The notes beneath the pieces were generated by a model that saw only the letters and a program-made list of their open reading frames with translations, searched no databases and had not been told where the DNA came from. The translations under genes and the position numbers were made by a program. Below, one piece after another: positions 20,160 to 32,976 of a stretch of 64,000 nt of DNA; the first letter of the stretch is position 1, and the number at the start of each line of letters is the position of its first letter. The stretch spans positions 53,712 to 117,711 of the forward strand of contig JAEUOS010000145.1 of assembly GCA_016790695.1 (NCBI GenBank), given 5' to 3'. The DNA comes from Burkholderiales bacterium. Its GTDB lineage: Bacteria; Pseudomonadota; Gammaproteobacteria; Burkholderiales; JAEUOS01.

Positions 20160-20792
20160 TTGGCAATCAAGCGAGGGGGCGCGGCACCGGTGGATGCCGG
20201 GCCGAAGCTGTATTTCGATCCACAGGTCGGCCTGGATGCGGCGAAGATCCGTCCCGGGGAGTACTACGCGTCGGCGCGCGACATGGTGATCGTCACGGTC
20301 CTGGGGTCGTGCGTGTCCGCGTGCCTCTGGGACGAGACGCGGAAGGTCGGCGGCATGAACCACTTCATGCTGCCCGATGCGGGCGCCAACGGCGTGGACA
20401 TGTTCGGCGAGTCGGGCCGCTACGGCGCGTTCGCAATGGAGCTGCTGATCAACGAGCTGATCAAGATGGGCGCGCAGAAGTCGCGCCTCAAGGCCAAGGT
20501 GTTCGGGGCCGGCAACGTCATGCAGAGTCTTTCATCGTCCAACGTCGGGGAGCGCAACGCCGAGTTCGTCGAGCGCTTCCTCGGCAACGAGGGGATACCG
20601 ATACTCGCGCGCGACCTGCTCGATGTCTGGCCGCGCAAGGTCTACCTGTTCCCCACCACCGGTCGCGTGCTGGTGCGCAAGCTGAAGACGCTGAACAACG
20701 ACACGATCATCACGCGCGAGCGCGCCTACACGAGCCAGCTGCGCACCAGCAAGAGCGATCAGACGGCCGGCGACATCGAGTTGTTCGTCTGA
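20160..20792 (+). CDS. cheD: Chemoreceptor glutamine deamidase CheD
   Basis: [22 protein letters not shown] and [11 protein letters not shown] start after GAGG. Confidence 0.93.
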   Translation: MAIKRGGAAPVDAGPKLYFDPQVGLDAAKIRPGEYYASARDMVIVTVLGSCVSACLWDETRKVGGMNHFMLPDAGANGVDMFGESGRYGAFAMELLINELIKMGAQKSRLKAKVFGAGNVMQSLSSSNVGERNAEFVERFLGNEGIPILARDLLDVWPRKVYLFPTTGRVLVRKLKTLNNDTIITRERAYTSQLRTSKSDQTAGDIELFV

Positions 20793-20818
20793 GGTGCGCG
20801 AGGAACCACGGAGGAAGC

Positions 20819-21889
20819 ATGGACAAGATCAAGGTACTGGTGGTCGACGACTCCGCACTGATACGCAAGCTGATGTCGGAGATCGTCAACGCGCAGTCGG
20901 ACATGGTGGCCGTCGGCGCCGCACCCGACCCGCTGGTCGCGCGCGACATGATCAAGGCGCTGGCGCCGGATGTCCTGACGCTGGACATCGAGATGCCGCG
21001 CATGGATGGCCTGGAGTTCCTCGAGAAGCTGATGCGGCTGCGGCCGATGCCGGTGGTGATGGTGTCGACCCTGACCGAGCGCGGCACCGAAGCGACCATG
21101 CGGGCGCTCGAACTGGGCGCGGTCGACTTCGTCGCCAAGCCGAAGCTCGACATCCAGAAGGGCATTGCCGACTATGCGCAGGACATCACGGACAAGATCC
21201 GGGCGGCGGCGCGCTCGCGGCTGCCGATCGCGCGCCATCTGCCGGCGGCGGCGGCACAGCGGCCGTCGCGGGCGGCGCTCGGCAATCGCACCGCCTCGAC
21301 CGAGAAGCTGATCCTGATCGGTGCCTCGACCGGCGGCACCGAGGCGATCCGCACGGTCCTCGAGGGGCTGCCGGCGGACATGCCGGGCATCCTCATCACC
21401 CAGCACATGCCGGCCGGATTCACCCGAAGCTTCGCCGAACGGCTCAATAAATCCTGCGCCCTTGCCGTAAAGGAGGCGGAGGACGGCGAGCGGGTGCTGC
21501 CGGGGCATGCGTACATCGCCCCCGGAAGCCACCACCTGGTTGTCCGCAAGAGCGGGGCCAACTACATCACCGGCCTGTCCGACGGGCCGCCGGTCAACCG
21601 GCACCGGCCATCGGTGGAGGTGCTGTTCAGGTCGGGCGCGGAGGTCGGCGGTGCGAACGTGATCGGAGTGATGCTGACGGGCATGGGCAAGGACGGCGCG
21701 CAGGCGATGCGGGAGATGCGCGATGCCGGGGCCTGGAATGTCGTCCAGGACGAGGCGAGCTGCGTGGTCTTCGGCATGCCGCGCGAGGCCATCGCGGCGG
21801 GCGCGGCGAACGAAGTGGTGCCGCTGCAGGAGGTCGCCGGCCGTCTGCTGGCGCGCCTGCGCGGGATCGGCACGATGCACCGCGTGTAG
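20819..21889 (+). CDS. cheB: Chemotaxis methylesterase CheB
   Basis: REC domain plus IGASTGG, QHMP, HRPSV and [17 protein letters not shown]. Confidence 0.95.
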   Translation: MDKIKVLVVDDSALIRKLMSEIVNAQSDMVAVGAAPDPLVARDMIKALAPDVLTLDIEMPRMDGLEFLEKLMRLRPMPVVMVSTLTERGTEATMRALELGAVDFVAKPKLDIQKGIADYAQDITDKIRAAARSRLPIARHLPAAAAQRPSRAALGNRTASTEKLILIGASTGGTEAIRTVLEGLPADMPGILITQHMPAGFTRSFAERLNKSCALAVKEAEDGERVLPGHAYIAPGSHHLVVRKSGANYITGLSDGPPVNRHRPSVEVLFRSGAEVGGANVIGVMLTGMGKDGAQAMREMRDAGAWNVVQDEASCVVFGMPREAIAAGAANEVVPLQEVAGRLLARLRGIGTMHRV

Positions 21890-21928
21890 CGGTGGCACGG
21901 ATTCATGGGTCAATCGGGAGAGCAAGGG

Positions 21929-22234
21929 ATGAACATCAACGTCAACCGCAAGGATGGTCGGGCCAGCCTCACGCTGAAGGGGCGCTTCGACTTCACCTGC
22001 CACCGGGGCTTCAAGCAGGCCTACGAGGAGGCCTTCTCGGGCAACGAGGTGACCGAGGTGGTGGTGGACCTGCGCGAGGTCGACTATCTCGACAGCTCCG
22101 CGCTCGGCATGCTGCTGCTTCTGCGCGACAAGGGCAAGTCGATGGGCAAGCAGGTGAGCCTCGCGAACTGCGCCGGCACGGTCCGCGACGTTCTGCGCGT
22201 GGCGAATTTCGACAAGCTGTTCACGCTGCACTGA
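21929..22234 (+). CDS. STAS anti-sigma-factor antagonist (HsbA/SpoIIAA-like)
   Basis: GRFDF and VDLREVDYLDSSALGMLL, which contains the phosphorylatable Ser motif DSS. Confidence 0.9.
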   Translation: MNINVNRKDGRASLTLKGRFDFTCHRGFKQAYEEAFSGNEVTEVVVDLREVDYLDSSALGMLLLLRDKGKSMGKQVSLANCAGTVRDVLRVANFDKLFTLH

Positions 22235-22249
22235 GCGGACACCGCGCAC

Positions 22250-24025
22250 ATGGTTCGGGCGATGGCTGACGCGCCGGGCGCGAGCGCGCGCTATGTCGCG
22301 CTGGTTGTCGAGGACAACCCGATCGAGGCGCAGGTGCTGTGCCGGATCCTGCGCTCCTGCGGGTTCGCGCCGACGCATGCCGCCGACGGCATGGCCGCGA
22401 TCGAGATGTACCCGCGGGTGCAGCCCGACGTGGTGCTGCTCGACTACGCGATGCCGGTCATGAACGGCCGCGAGACGGCGCTGCGACTGCGTGCGCTCGA
22501 CCCGACACGGTGGGTGCCGATCTGGTTCGTCACCGGCAACGAGGACACGGCCGAGGTCGCGGAGGCGATCGCGGCGGGCGCCGATGCCTACCTTCCCAAG
22601 CCGGTCAACGCGGCGATCCTCCGGGCGCACCTGTCGAACGCCGCGCGCTACACCGACATCCAGCGGCAGATGCGCGACCAGAACGGCGCGCTGAAGGCCT
22701 ACTTCGAGGCCAGCGAGGCCGAGAACCGCGCGGCGCGGTCGATCATGCAGAAGCTGCTGCCGATCCAGACCGAGCACGGCGCCGTCCTGCGCACCTGGAA
22801 CTCGCCGGCCTTCAAGTTCAGCGGCGACATCGTCATGGCCGAACGCTCCCCCGACGGTTCGCTGAAGGTGCTGCTCGCCGACGGCGTCGGTCACGGGCTG
22901 ACCGCTGCGCTCAACGTGCTGCCGATCGGGCGCGCGTTCCAGTCGATGGCGCAGAAGGGCTTCGGACTGCCGGCGCTGGTCACCGAACTCAACCACACGA
23001 TCCGGCGCGACCTGCCGTCGCACCGGTTCGTGGCGGTCACGCTGGTCAGCATCGACTCGATCGAGGGGCGCATCGAGGTGTGGAACGGCGGCAATCCGCC
23101 GGTCCTGATGATCGATTCCGACGGCGCGGCGGTGGCGCGCTGGGACAGCACGCATCTGCCGCTCGGGGTGGTGGCCAGCGAGGATCTCGACAGTCGCCCG
23201 GACTACGTCCCGTTCCGCGACGACGTCCAGCTGTTCCTGTGCTCGGACGGCCTGATGGAGGCGGAGGCGGCCGACGGCTCGGCGTTTGCGGAGGCCGGCG
23301 TGCTGCGCGCGTTTCGCGACTGGCCCGCCAAGGATCGCTTCGAGTCGGTGAAGATCGCCGTCGCCGACCACCTGGCCGGCGAGAGCGCGAAGGACGACAT
23401 CACGATTGCCATCGTCGATTGCGGCGCCGAGCTGGAGCGTCGCACGCGCCGCAGCGCGGCGCGGACCGTGCCGCAGCAGGCCCTGGTGGTGCGGCCGCAT
23501 GCCGCGTCGGGCGACTGGGAACTGCGGCTGCGCATCGGCGCGGAGCGCCTGACCCGGGTCGACATCATTCCGATCCTGCAGGAGTTCATGTCGCGCTTGG
23601 ACCCCGCAGGGGCGATCGACGAATCGACATTCCGCGTGCTGGCCGAGCTCTACGACAATGCGCTCGAGCACGGGCTGCTGGAACTCGATTCGCGCCTCAA
23701 GGAGGAAGCCAACGGGCATGTTGCGTACGCGCGCGAGCGCGAGCGGCGCCTGGCCCAGCTCGCCGACGGCGTGATTCACATCGACGTGGCGCGCATCGAG
23801 ACCGACGCCGGACCGAAGATGCGCATCCGGGTGAAGGACTCCGGCAAGGGATTCGACGAGCGCGCCTGGCGGCTCGACGCGGGAGCGCTGTTCCGGCGCG
23901 CCGACCGCGGCATCAGCCTCGTCGAGAGCCTGTGCGAGTCGGTCGAGTATCGCAACGGCGGCTCCGAGATCGAGGTGACGCGGGCGCTGCCGGCCGCCAT
24001 GCCGGCACCGGAAGCGGTGCACTAG
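22250..24025 (+). CDS. REC-PP2C(SpoIIE)-Ser/Thr kinase partner-switch regulator (HsbR-like)
   Basis: Receiver LLDYAMP, PP2C motifs SGDI, ADGVGHG, SDGLME and DDIT, then kinase motifs ELYDNALEHG, DSGKGFD and RGISLV. Confidence 0.88.
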   Translation: MVRAMADAPGASARYVALVVEDNPIEAQVLCRILRSCGFAPTHAADGMAAIEMYPRVQPDVVLLDYAMPVMNGRETALRLRALDPTRWVPIWFVTGNEDTAEVAEAIAAGADAYLPKPVNAAILRAHLSNAARYTDIQRQMRDQNGALKAYFEASEAENRAARSIMQKLLPIQTEHGAVLRTWNSPAFKFSGDIVMAERSPDGSLKVLLADGVGHGLTAALNVLPIGRAFQSMAQKGFGLPALVTELNHTIRRDLPSHRFVAVTLVSIDSIEGRIEVWNGGNPPVLMIDSDGAAVARWDSTHLPLGVVASEDLDSRPDYVPFRDDVQLFLCSDGLMEAEAADGSAFAEAGVLRAFRDWPAKDRFESVKIAVADHLAGESAKDDITIAIVDCGAELERRTRRSAARTVPQQALVVRPHAASGDWELRLRIGAERLTRVDIIPILQEFMSRLDPAGAIDESTFRVLAELYDNALEHGLLELDSRLKEEANGHVAYARERERRLAQLADGVIHIDVARIETDAGPKMRIRVKDSGKGFDERAWRLDAGALFRRADRGISLVESLCESVEYRNGGSEIEVTRALPAAMPAPEAVH

Positions 24026-24107
24026 CCGGGTGCGTCGGCCCGCGGCCTGCAGCCGCGGCGACTGATCCGGGCTGGCGCGGCACGGGTGCCGCACGCAGGC
24101 GTCAAGT

Positions 24108-24116
24108 TGGTATACT
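24108..24116 (+). promoter_or_regulatory. Extended -10 promoter element upstream of scpB
   Basis: TGGTATACT (TGnTATACT) in a GC-rich intergenic region. Confidence 0.45.
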
Positions 24117-24309
24117 TCGGCCGGCAAGCAGATGAAGCGCCCCGGCTTGTATCCGCGAATCGGTCGGCATGGGCCCGTGCCCCCGGCTTGAATGCGGAAC
24201 CGCTTGCGACTGCAGTGCATTCCGGGCCGGCGCGCACCTCCAATTTCGCACCTTCACAGGGCATCGTTGCCATTCCTGGGCCGCGGCGCGGCAGGAACGG
24301 CCAGATCGC

Positions 24310-24852
24310 GTGAACACCACCGAAGCAAAGGGTATCTTGGAAGCAGCGCTGCTGACGGCCGGCGCCCCGCTTTCGATCAGCGAGCTGCGCCGCCTGTTCG
24401 ACGACCAGGTCGGCGCCGACACGGTGCGCGCGCTGCTCGAGGAATTGCGGGTCGACTGGGGCGGGCGCAGTGTGGAACTGGTCGCGCTGGCCTCGGGATG
24501 GCGCTTCCTGTCGCGACCCGAGTATGCGCAGTACCTGGCCAAGCTCAATCCCGACCGCACGCCCCGCTATTCCCGCGCGGTTCTGGAGACCCTGGCGATC
24601 ATCGCCTACCGCCAGCCGGTCACCCGGGGCGACATCGAGGACATCCGCGGTGTGGCGGTGTCGCCGCAGATCATCAAGACGCTCGAGGAGCGCGGCTGGA
24701 TCGACACGGTCGGCCATCGCGATGCGCCGGGCAAGCCCGCCTTGTTCGGAACGACCAAGGCGTTCCTCGACGATCTGGGCCTGGTTTCGCTCGAGCAGTT
24801 GCCGCCGATGGAGGAGATCGAGAAAGTGATGGATCTGGCAGATGCATCCTGA
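24310..24852 (+). CDS. scpB: SMC-Scp complex subunit ScpB
   Basis: GTG start, [35 protein letters not shown] and [13 protein letters not shown]. Confidence 0.93.
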   Translation: MNTTEAKGILEAALLTAGAPLSISELRRLFDDQVGADTVRALLEELRVDWGGRSVELVALASGWRFLSRPEYAQYLAKLNPDRTPRYSRAVLETLAIIAYRQPVTRGDIEDIRGVAVSPQIIKTLEERGWIDTVGHRDAPGKPALFGTTKAFLDDLGLVSLEQLPPMEEIEKVMDLADAS

Positions 24853-26203
24853 TACAGACGCCGGCGCGTCCGGCGAGGCGCCCGGCGCGGCGTCGAGTCC
24901 GGCAACCGGGACGGAGCCGCCGGCCGCGCCCGCGGCGGGCCCCGAGAAGAAGCGGCGCCGCAATCGACGGCGCGGCAAGGGAGGCGCCAAGGCGGCGGCG
25001 ACTGGCGCGGCGGCGGGTGCGCCGCGTCCGGCGGGGCCGGAGCGCGCGACGCCCGGCGGTGACGATTTCAAGCTGCAGAAGCTGCTCGCCGAGGCCGGCC
25101 TGGGATCGCGCCGCGACATGGAGGAGGCGATCACCGCCGGTAGGGTGAGCGTCAACGGCAAGATCGCCACGCTGGGGCAGCGCATCACCCGTCGGGACGT
25201 GGTCCGGGTCGACGGCAAGCCGATCCGGCTCAAGAGCGGGCGCGACGCGCCGGAGGTGCTGATCTATCACAAGCCGCCGGGCGAGATCGTCAGCCACGAT
25301 GATCCGGAGGGACGGCCGACCGTGTTCGACAACCTGCCCGCGCCGAAGTCCGGCCGCTGGGTGGCGGTCGGGCGGCTCGACTTCAATACCGAGGGCCTGC
25401 TGATCCTGACCAATTCCGGCGATCTGGCCAACCGTCTCATGCATCCGCGCTACGAAGTCGAACGCGAGTACTCGGTGCGGGTGGTCGGCGAACTCACCGA
25501 TGAGCAGACCGATGCGCTGCTTGACGGTGTCGATCTCGAGGACGGGCCGGCACGGTTCATGAAGCTCGAGGAGGGCGAATTCAGCGACGAGGGCCCCGGC
25601 GTCAATCGCTGGTACCGCGTGATGATCCGCGAGGGGCGCAACCGCGAGGTGCGGCGCATGTTCGAGGCGCTCGGCGTGCAGGTGAGCCGGCTGATTCGCA
25701 CCCGCTTCGGCCCGATTCCGTTGCCGCGCGGATTGCGGCGCGGTCAGGCGCGGGCGCTGACCGCGCTGGAGGTCAAGGAACTCCTGAAGGGCGCGCCGTC
25801 CGGCAGCGCCGCGGAAGGAGGGCAGGCGCCGGGTGCCGGCGGCGGCAAGGGCCGTCAGAAGGTCCGCGGCAACGCCGGCGGCGCCGGTCGCAAGGGCAAG
25901 GACGGCGCGGCGCCACGGACGGCGCCGGGGCGCGGCACCGGCAAGCAGCCCGGCCGGCGCAAGCCGCCCGGCGGCCCCGGAACGCGCGGTGTGCCCGGCA
26001 AGGCGCCCGGGGCCAAGCGCCGGGGTGCCAAGCGCGGCGGGATCGACCGCAGTGCGCTGACCCTCGACGGCCGACGCGTCGTCCGGCCGCGTCGGCGCGA
26101 CGACGACGAATACGCACCGCCGCCGCCGCCGATGCCGGTGATCACTCACCGCCGCTCCCGGCTGAAGTCCATCGTCCCGCCGGAGCCGCCGCAGGAAGGC
26201 TGA
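24842..26203 (+). CDS. rluB: 23S rRNA pseudouridine synthase RluB with basic disordered termini
   Basis: S4 domain [15 protein letters not shown], catalytic [12 protein letters not shown] and [11 protein letters not shown]. Follows scpB. Confidence 0.88.
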   Translation: MHPDTDAGASGEAPGAASSPATGTEPPAAPAAGPEKKRRRNRRRGKGGAKAAATGAAAGAPRPAGPERATPGGDDFKLQKLLAEAGLGSRRDMEEAITAGRVSVNGKIATLGQRITRRDVVRVDGKPIRLKSGRDAPEVLIYHKPPGEIVSHDDPEGRPTVFDNLPAPKSGRWVAVGRLDFNTEGLLILTNSGDLANRLMHPRYEVEREYSVRVVGELTDEQTDALLDGVDLEDGPARFMKLEEGEFSDEGPGVNRWYRVMIREGRNREVRRMFEALGVQVSRLIRTRFGPIPLPRGLRRGQARALTALEVKELLKGAPSGSAAEGGQAPGAGGGKGRQKVRGNAGGAGRKGKDGAAPRTAPGRGTGKQPGRRKPPGGPGTRGVPGKAPGAKRRGAKRGGIDRSALTLDGRRVVRPRRRDDDEYAPPPPPMPVITHRRSRLKSIVPPEPPQEG

Positions 26204-26235
26204 CGGCCGAAGCGGGTGCATTTTGCGCCCGCTTC

Positions 26236-26244
26236 TGCTATACT
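26236..26244 (+). promoter_or_regulatory. Extended -10 promoter of the rimP operon
   Basis: TGCTATACT upstream of the rimP leader. Confidence 0.5.
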
Positions 26245-26328
26245 TTTAAGGCTTGGCTGCGTGCTTGTGCCCGGACGGGGTGCGGTGGCAGCATAGAACG
26301 GCGTGCCGGGGGTTCCGGCATGGCTTTC

Positions 26329-26352
26329 AAATGGGCGTTTCGCCCATTTTTT
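26329..26352 (+). terminator. rimP leader attenuator-type hairpin
   Basis: AAATGGGCG-TTT-CGCCCATTT running into a T tract just upstream of rimP, at the position of the known rimP leader. Confidence 0.65.
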
Positions 26353-26394
26353 GTTTGTGCCTTTGATGTTGCCGCCCGTGGCGCGCGGCGTGGG

Positions 26395-26877
26395 ATGGAC
26401 ATGGACGTGACGGCGCTCTTTGCGAGCACGGTCGAGGGGCTGGGTTACGAGCTGGTCGAGGTGGAGCGGTCCAACCGCGGCCGGTTCCTGCGCGTGTTCA
26501 TCGACCTGCCCGACACCGGCGTGCGGCCGCGGGGCAGGCGCGCGGCGGGCATCACCGTCGACGACTGCGAGAAGGTGAGCCGGCAGCTCACCTACGTCCT
26601 GACGGTCGAGAACGTCGACTACGACCGCCTCGAGGTGTCGTCGCCGGGCCTGGACCGGCCGCTGACCAAGGAGACCGATTTCGCGCGGTTCGAGGGGCAC
26701 GAGGTCAGCGTCAAGCTGCGCGCACCGCTGGGCGGGGCGCACGGGGTGCGCAAGAATTTCACGGGCGTGGCGCGCGTGCGCGACGGCCGGCCGGCGCTGG
26801 AAGTCGACGGCGAAATCATCGAGCTGGACTTCGCGCGCATCGACCGTGCGCGCCTGGTGCCGGTGATCGAGTTCTAG
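26395..26877 (+). CDS. rimP: Ribosome maturation factor RimP
   Basis: [19 protein letters not shown] and [12 protein letters not shown]. Upstream of nusA. Confidence 0.95.
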   Translation: MDMDVTALFASTVEGLGYELVEVERSNRGRFLRVFIDLPDTGVRPRGRRAAGITVDDCEKVSRQLTYVLTVENVDYDRLEVSSPGLDRPLTKETDFARFEGHEVSVKLRAPLGGAHGVRKNFTGVARVRDGRPALEVDGEIIELDFARIDRARLVPVIEF

Positions 26878-26890
26878 AGGAAGAGTGGTC

Positions 26891-28375
26891 ATGAGCAAGG
26901 AAATCCTGATGTTGGCCGACGCGCTGGCGCGCGAGAAGAACGTGGCGCGCGAGGTGGTCTTCACCGCGCTCGAGCAGGCGATCGCGTCGGCGACGAAGAA
27001 GCGCTTCAAGGGCGACGCCGACGTCCGGGTGGCCATCGACCGCGAGACCGGCGAGCACGAGGCGTTCCGGCGCTGGCAGGTGGTCTACGAGCCCGACCTC
27101 GAGAGCGAGGACAACCAGATCGGGATCACCGACGCGCGCGACGAGGACCCCGAGGTGCAGATCGGGGACTACATCGAGGAGGAGCTCGAGCCGATCGAGT
27201 TCGGCCGGATCGGGGCGCAGGCGGCGAAGCAGACCATCCTGCAGAAGATCCGCGACGCCGAGCGCGATCAGATCCTCAATGACTTCCTGGAACGCAACGA
27301 GAAGCTCATCAACGGCACCGTCAAGCGGGTGGAGAACCACCGGGTGCTGATCGAGTCCGGGCGCGTCGAGGCGGCGCTGCCGCGCGACCAGATGATCCCC
27401 AAGGAGATGTTCCGGGTGGGCGACCGGATCCGCGCCTACATCCACAAGATCGACCGTACCCAGCGCGGCCCGGCCGTGATCGTCTCGCGCACCTCGCCGG
27501 AATTCATCAAGGCGCTGTTCGAACTCGAGGTGCCCGAGATCGAGGAAGGGCTTCTGGAGATCAAGTCGGCGGCGCGCGACCCCGGCGTGCGCGCCAAGAT
27601 CGCGGTGTTCACCAATGACCGCCGCATCGATCCGATCGGCACCTGCGTCGGCATGCGCGGCTCGCGGGTGCAGGCGGTCACCAACGAGCTGGCCGGCGAG
27701 CGCGTCGACATCATCATCTGGTCGGCCGATCCCGCGCAGTTCGTCATCGGTGCGCTGGCGCCGGCCGCGGTGTCGTCGATCGTGGTCGACGAGGAGAAGC
27801 ACTCGATGGACGTGGTGGTCGACGAGGAGAACCTCGCGATCGCCATCGGACGGGGCGGGCAGAACGTGCGCCTCGCGTCCGAGCTCACCGGCTGGGAAAT
27901 CAACCTGATGACCGTCGAGGAGTCGAAGAAGAAGCAGGAGGAGGAGACCGCCGCGATCCGCAAGCTGTTCATGGAGCGCCTCGATGTCGACGACGAGGTC
28001 GCGGACATCCTGATCGCCGAGGGCTTCTCGACGCTCGAGGAGGTTGCCTACGTGCCGCTGAACGAGATGCTCGAGATCGAGGCGTTCGACGAGGACACGG
28101 TCAACGAGCTGCGCACGCGCGCGCGCAACGCGCTGCTCACCGAGGCGATCGCGTCGGAGGAGTCGCTCGGCGAGGTCAGCGAGGACCTCCTCAATCTCGA
28201 GGGCATGACGCGGGAGCTGGCGGCCAAGCTCGCCAAGGCAGGCATCAAGACCCGGGACGATCTGGCTGAACTCGCGGTCGACGAACTCGTCGAGATCGAC
28301 CCGATCGACCAGGGCGCGGCCAAGGCGCTCATCATGAAGGCCCGTGAACACTGGTTTGCGGAGGAGCAGAAATAG
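26891..28375 (+). CDS. nusA: Transcription termination factor NusA
   Basis: [12 protein letters not shown]1/KH domains, [17 protein letters not shown] and [13 protein letters not shown]. Confidence 0.97.
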   Translation: MSKEILMLADALAREKNVAREVVFTALEQAIASATKKRFKGDADVRVAIDRETGEHEAFRRWQVVYEPDLESEDNQIGITDARDEDPEVQIGDYIEEELEPIEFGRIGAQAAKQTILQKIRDAERDQILNDFLERNEKLINGTVKRVENHRVLIESGRVEAALPRDQMIPKEMFRVGDRIRAYIHKIDRTQRGPAVIVSRTSPEFIKALFELEVPEIEEGLLEIKSAARDPGVRAKIAVFTNDRRIDPIGTCVGMRGSRVQAVTNELAGERVDIIIWSADPAQFVIGALAPAAVSSIVVDEEKHSMDVVVDEENLAIAIGRGGQNVRLASELTGWEINLMTVEESKKKQEEETAAIRKLFMERLDVDDEVADILIAEGFSTLEEVAYVPLNEMLEIEAFDEDTVNELRTRARNALLTEAIASEESLGEVSEDLLNLEGMTRELAAKLAKAGIKTRDDLAELAVDELVEIDPIDQGAAKALIMKAREHWFAEEQK

Positions 28376-28462
28376 CCGGCGGCGCCGCAGCAGCACCCGA
28401 CGTGACGACCACCGGCAACAACGCTCGACCAGAAGACGCGCATCCGCGAAAGAAAGACTGCA

Positions 28463-31246
<2,784 letters not shown>

Positions 31247-31250
31247 GGTG

Positions 31251-31278
31251 CGATCGCGCCGGCGACTCGGCGCGATCG
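31251..31278. other. GC-rich hairpin between infB and rbfA
   Basis: CGATCGCGCCG-N6-CGGCGCGATCG, a perfect 11-bp inverted repeat with no U tract. Confidence 0.5.
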
Positions 31279-31310
31279 ACCCGACGGCGCCTGCGCGCAC
31301 GCGAACAGCC

Positions 31311-31682
31311 ATGAAGCACCAACACCGCGGTTTCGCCCGTTCGGACCGGGTCGCCGAGCAGATCCGCCGCGACCTGGCCGAGATCCTGCGTTCCGAGCTC
31401 AAGGATCCCCGCATCGGCATGATCAGCCTGTCGGCCGTCGAGGTTTCGCCGGATTACGCCCATGCGACCGTGTACTTCACCACCCTGACCGATCATTCGG
31501 CGATCGCCGAGATCCAGAAGGGCCTGTCCAAGGCGGCGGGATTCCTGCGCGTCCAGCTGGGCCGCCGCATCAAGATCCACCAGGTGCCGGAGCTGCATTT
31601 CAAGTTCGATCAGAGCCTGGAGCGCGGCATCCGGCTGTCGCGCCTGATCGACGAGGCCAACGCGACGCGTGGCGGGGACTGA
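31311..31682 (+). CDS. rbfA: Ribosome-binding factor A
   Basis: RSDRVAEQI, KDPR, VSPDYAHA and PELHFKFD. Confidence 0.96.
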   Translation: MKHQHRGFARSDRVAEQIRRDLAEILRSELKDPRIGMISLSAVEVSPDYAHATVYFTTLTDHSAIAEIQKGLSKAAGFLRVQLGRRIKIHQVPELHFKFDQSLERGIRLSRLIDEANATRGGD

Positions 31683-32589
31683 ACCGCGCCGACGCGCGCC
31701 ACGCCGGCGCGTCGATGGCGTGCTGCTGCTCGACAAGGCGGCCGGCCCGAGCTCGAACCAGTGTCTTGGCCGCGCGAAGTGGCTGTTCGGCGCGGCCAAG
31801 GCGGGCCACACGGGCACGCTCGATCCCTTCGCCACCGGACTGCTGCCGGTGGCCTTCGGCGAGGCGACGAAATTCTCCCAGGGCCTGCTCGATGCCGACA
31901 AGACCTACGCGGCGACCATGCGACTGGGCATCGTCACCAGCACCGGCGATCCCGAGGGCGAGGTGCTCGCGCGTGCACCGGTCGAGGCCGACGCGGCCGC
32001 GGTCGCCGCCGTGCTGGCGCGATTTCGCGGTGAATCCGAGCAGGTCCCGCCGATGCACTCGGCGCTCAAGCGAGACGGCCGGCCGCTCTACGAGTACGCG
32101 CGCGCCGGATTGACGCTCGAGCGGGCGCCGCGGCGCATCCGGATCGAGTCGATCGAACTGCTGGCATTCGATGGTCTGACGGCGCGGTTCCGCGTGCGCT
32201 GCAGCAAGGGAACGTACGTCCGCACCCTGGCCGAGGACATCGGCCGGGCGCTCGGGTGCGGCGCCCACCTGGCGGCGCTGCGCCGCGAGGCGGTCGGCGC
32301 CCTCGACGTCGCGTCTGCGCGCACGCTCGATGCCATCGAGGCGATGCCGGCGGCGACACGCGACGACCTGCTCCTGCCGGTCGATGCCCTCGTCGCCGAC
32401 CTGCCGCGTGTGTGCCTGTCGGAGGGCGAGGCGGACCGGCTGCGGCACGGTCAGGCGGTCGCGCGTCCCGAACGCGGACCGGGCGCGGGCGAGCCGGCGC
32501 GCGCCTATGACGCGCACGGGCGCTTCCTCGGCCTGGTGATCGGCAGCGCGGACGCGCTGCGGCCGCTGCGGCTGCGCGGTGCCGACTGA
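31669..32589 (+). CDS. truB: tRNA pseudouridine(55) synthase TruB
   Basis: KAGHTGTLDPFATGLL, QVPPMHSALK and CSKGTYVRTL. Confidence 0.96.
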   Translation: MAGTEPRRRAPRRRVDGVLLLDKAAGPSSNQCLGRAKWLFGAAKAGHTGTLDPFATGLLPVAFGEATKFSQGLLDADKTYAATMRLGIVTSTGDPEGEVLARAPVEADAAAVAAVLARFRGESEQVPPMHSALKRDGRPLYEYARAGLTLERAPRRIRIESIELLAFDGLTARFRVRCSKGTYVRTLAEDIGRALGCGAHLAALRREAVGALDVASARTLDAIEAMPAATRDDLLLPVDALVADLPRVCLSEGEADRLRHGQAVARPERGPGAGEPARAYDAHGRFLGLVIGSADALRPLRLRGAD

Positions 32590-32976
32590 TCAGGCCGGGG
32601 CCGCGAAGACCTCGCCGAGGACGCGCTGCAGATCGGCCAGGCGGACCGGCTTGACGAGATAGGCGTCGGCGCCTGCCTCGCGACACCGCGCGCGAACCGT
32701 CTCGTCGGCGTGCGACGTGAGCGCGACGATCCGCGCCGGACGCGGCGGGGCCAGCGCGCGGATCGCGCGGATCGCGTCCAGACCGCCCAGGCGCGGCATT
32801 TCGAGATCCATCAGCACCAGATCGACGTGGTTGGCCGCGACGTGATCAAGCGCCTGCTGCCCGTCCTCGACGGCGGTCACCACGAGACCTTCGCGCTTGA
32901 GCATCAGCGCGGCGAGCTTGCGGCTGGCCTCGTCGTCGTCGGCGGCGAGTGCCGCGCAACCCGCCCAGGCGCTCAT
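32590..32976 (-). CDS. Single-domain response regulator (REC)
   Basis: ADDDE, LVLMDLEMP, VALT and YLVKP. The ATG overlaps the hemH stop (ATGA). Confidence 0.85.
   Translation of the reverse strand: MSAWAGCAALAADDDEASRKLAALMLKREGLVVTAVEDGQQALDHVAANHVDLVLMDLEMPRLGGLDAIRAIRALAPPRPARIVALTSHADETVRARCREAGADAYLVKPVRLADLQRVLGEVFAAPA

Noticed and set aside
21893-21910. TGGCACG resembling a sigma54 -24 box before the STAS gene; also TGGCGCG near 52697
   Set aside because: There is no GC at the required GG-N10-GC spacing.
24310-24852. scpB without an adjacent scpA
   Set aside because: scpB-rluB with scpA elsewhere is a common arrangement, so this is not evidence of loss.
25790-26203. Gly/Arg/Lys-rich tail of RluB
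   Set aside because: Basic disordered extensions are usual in RluB proteins.
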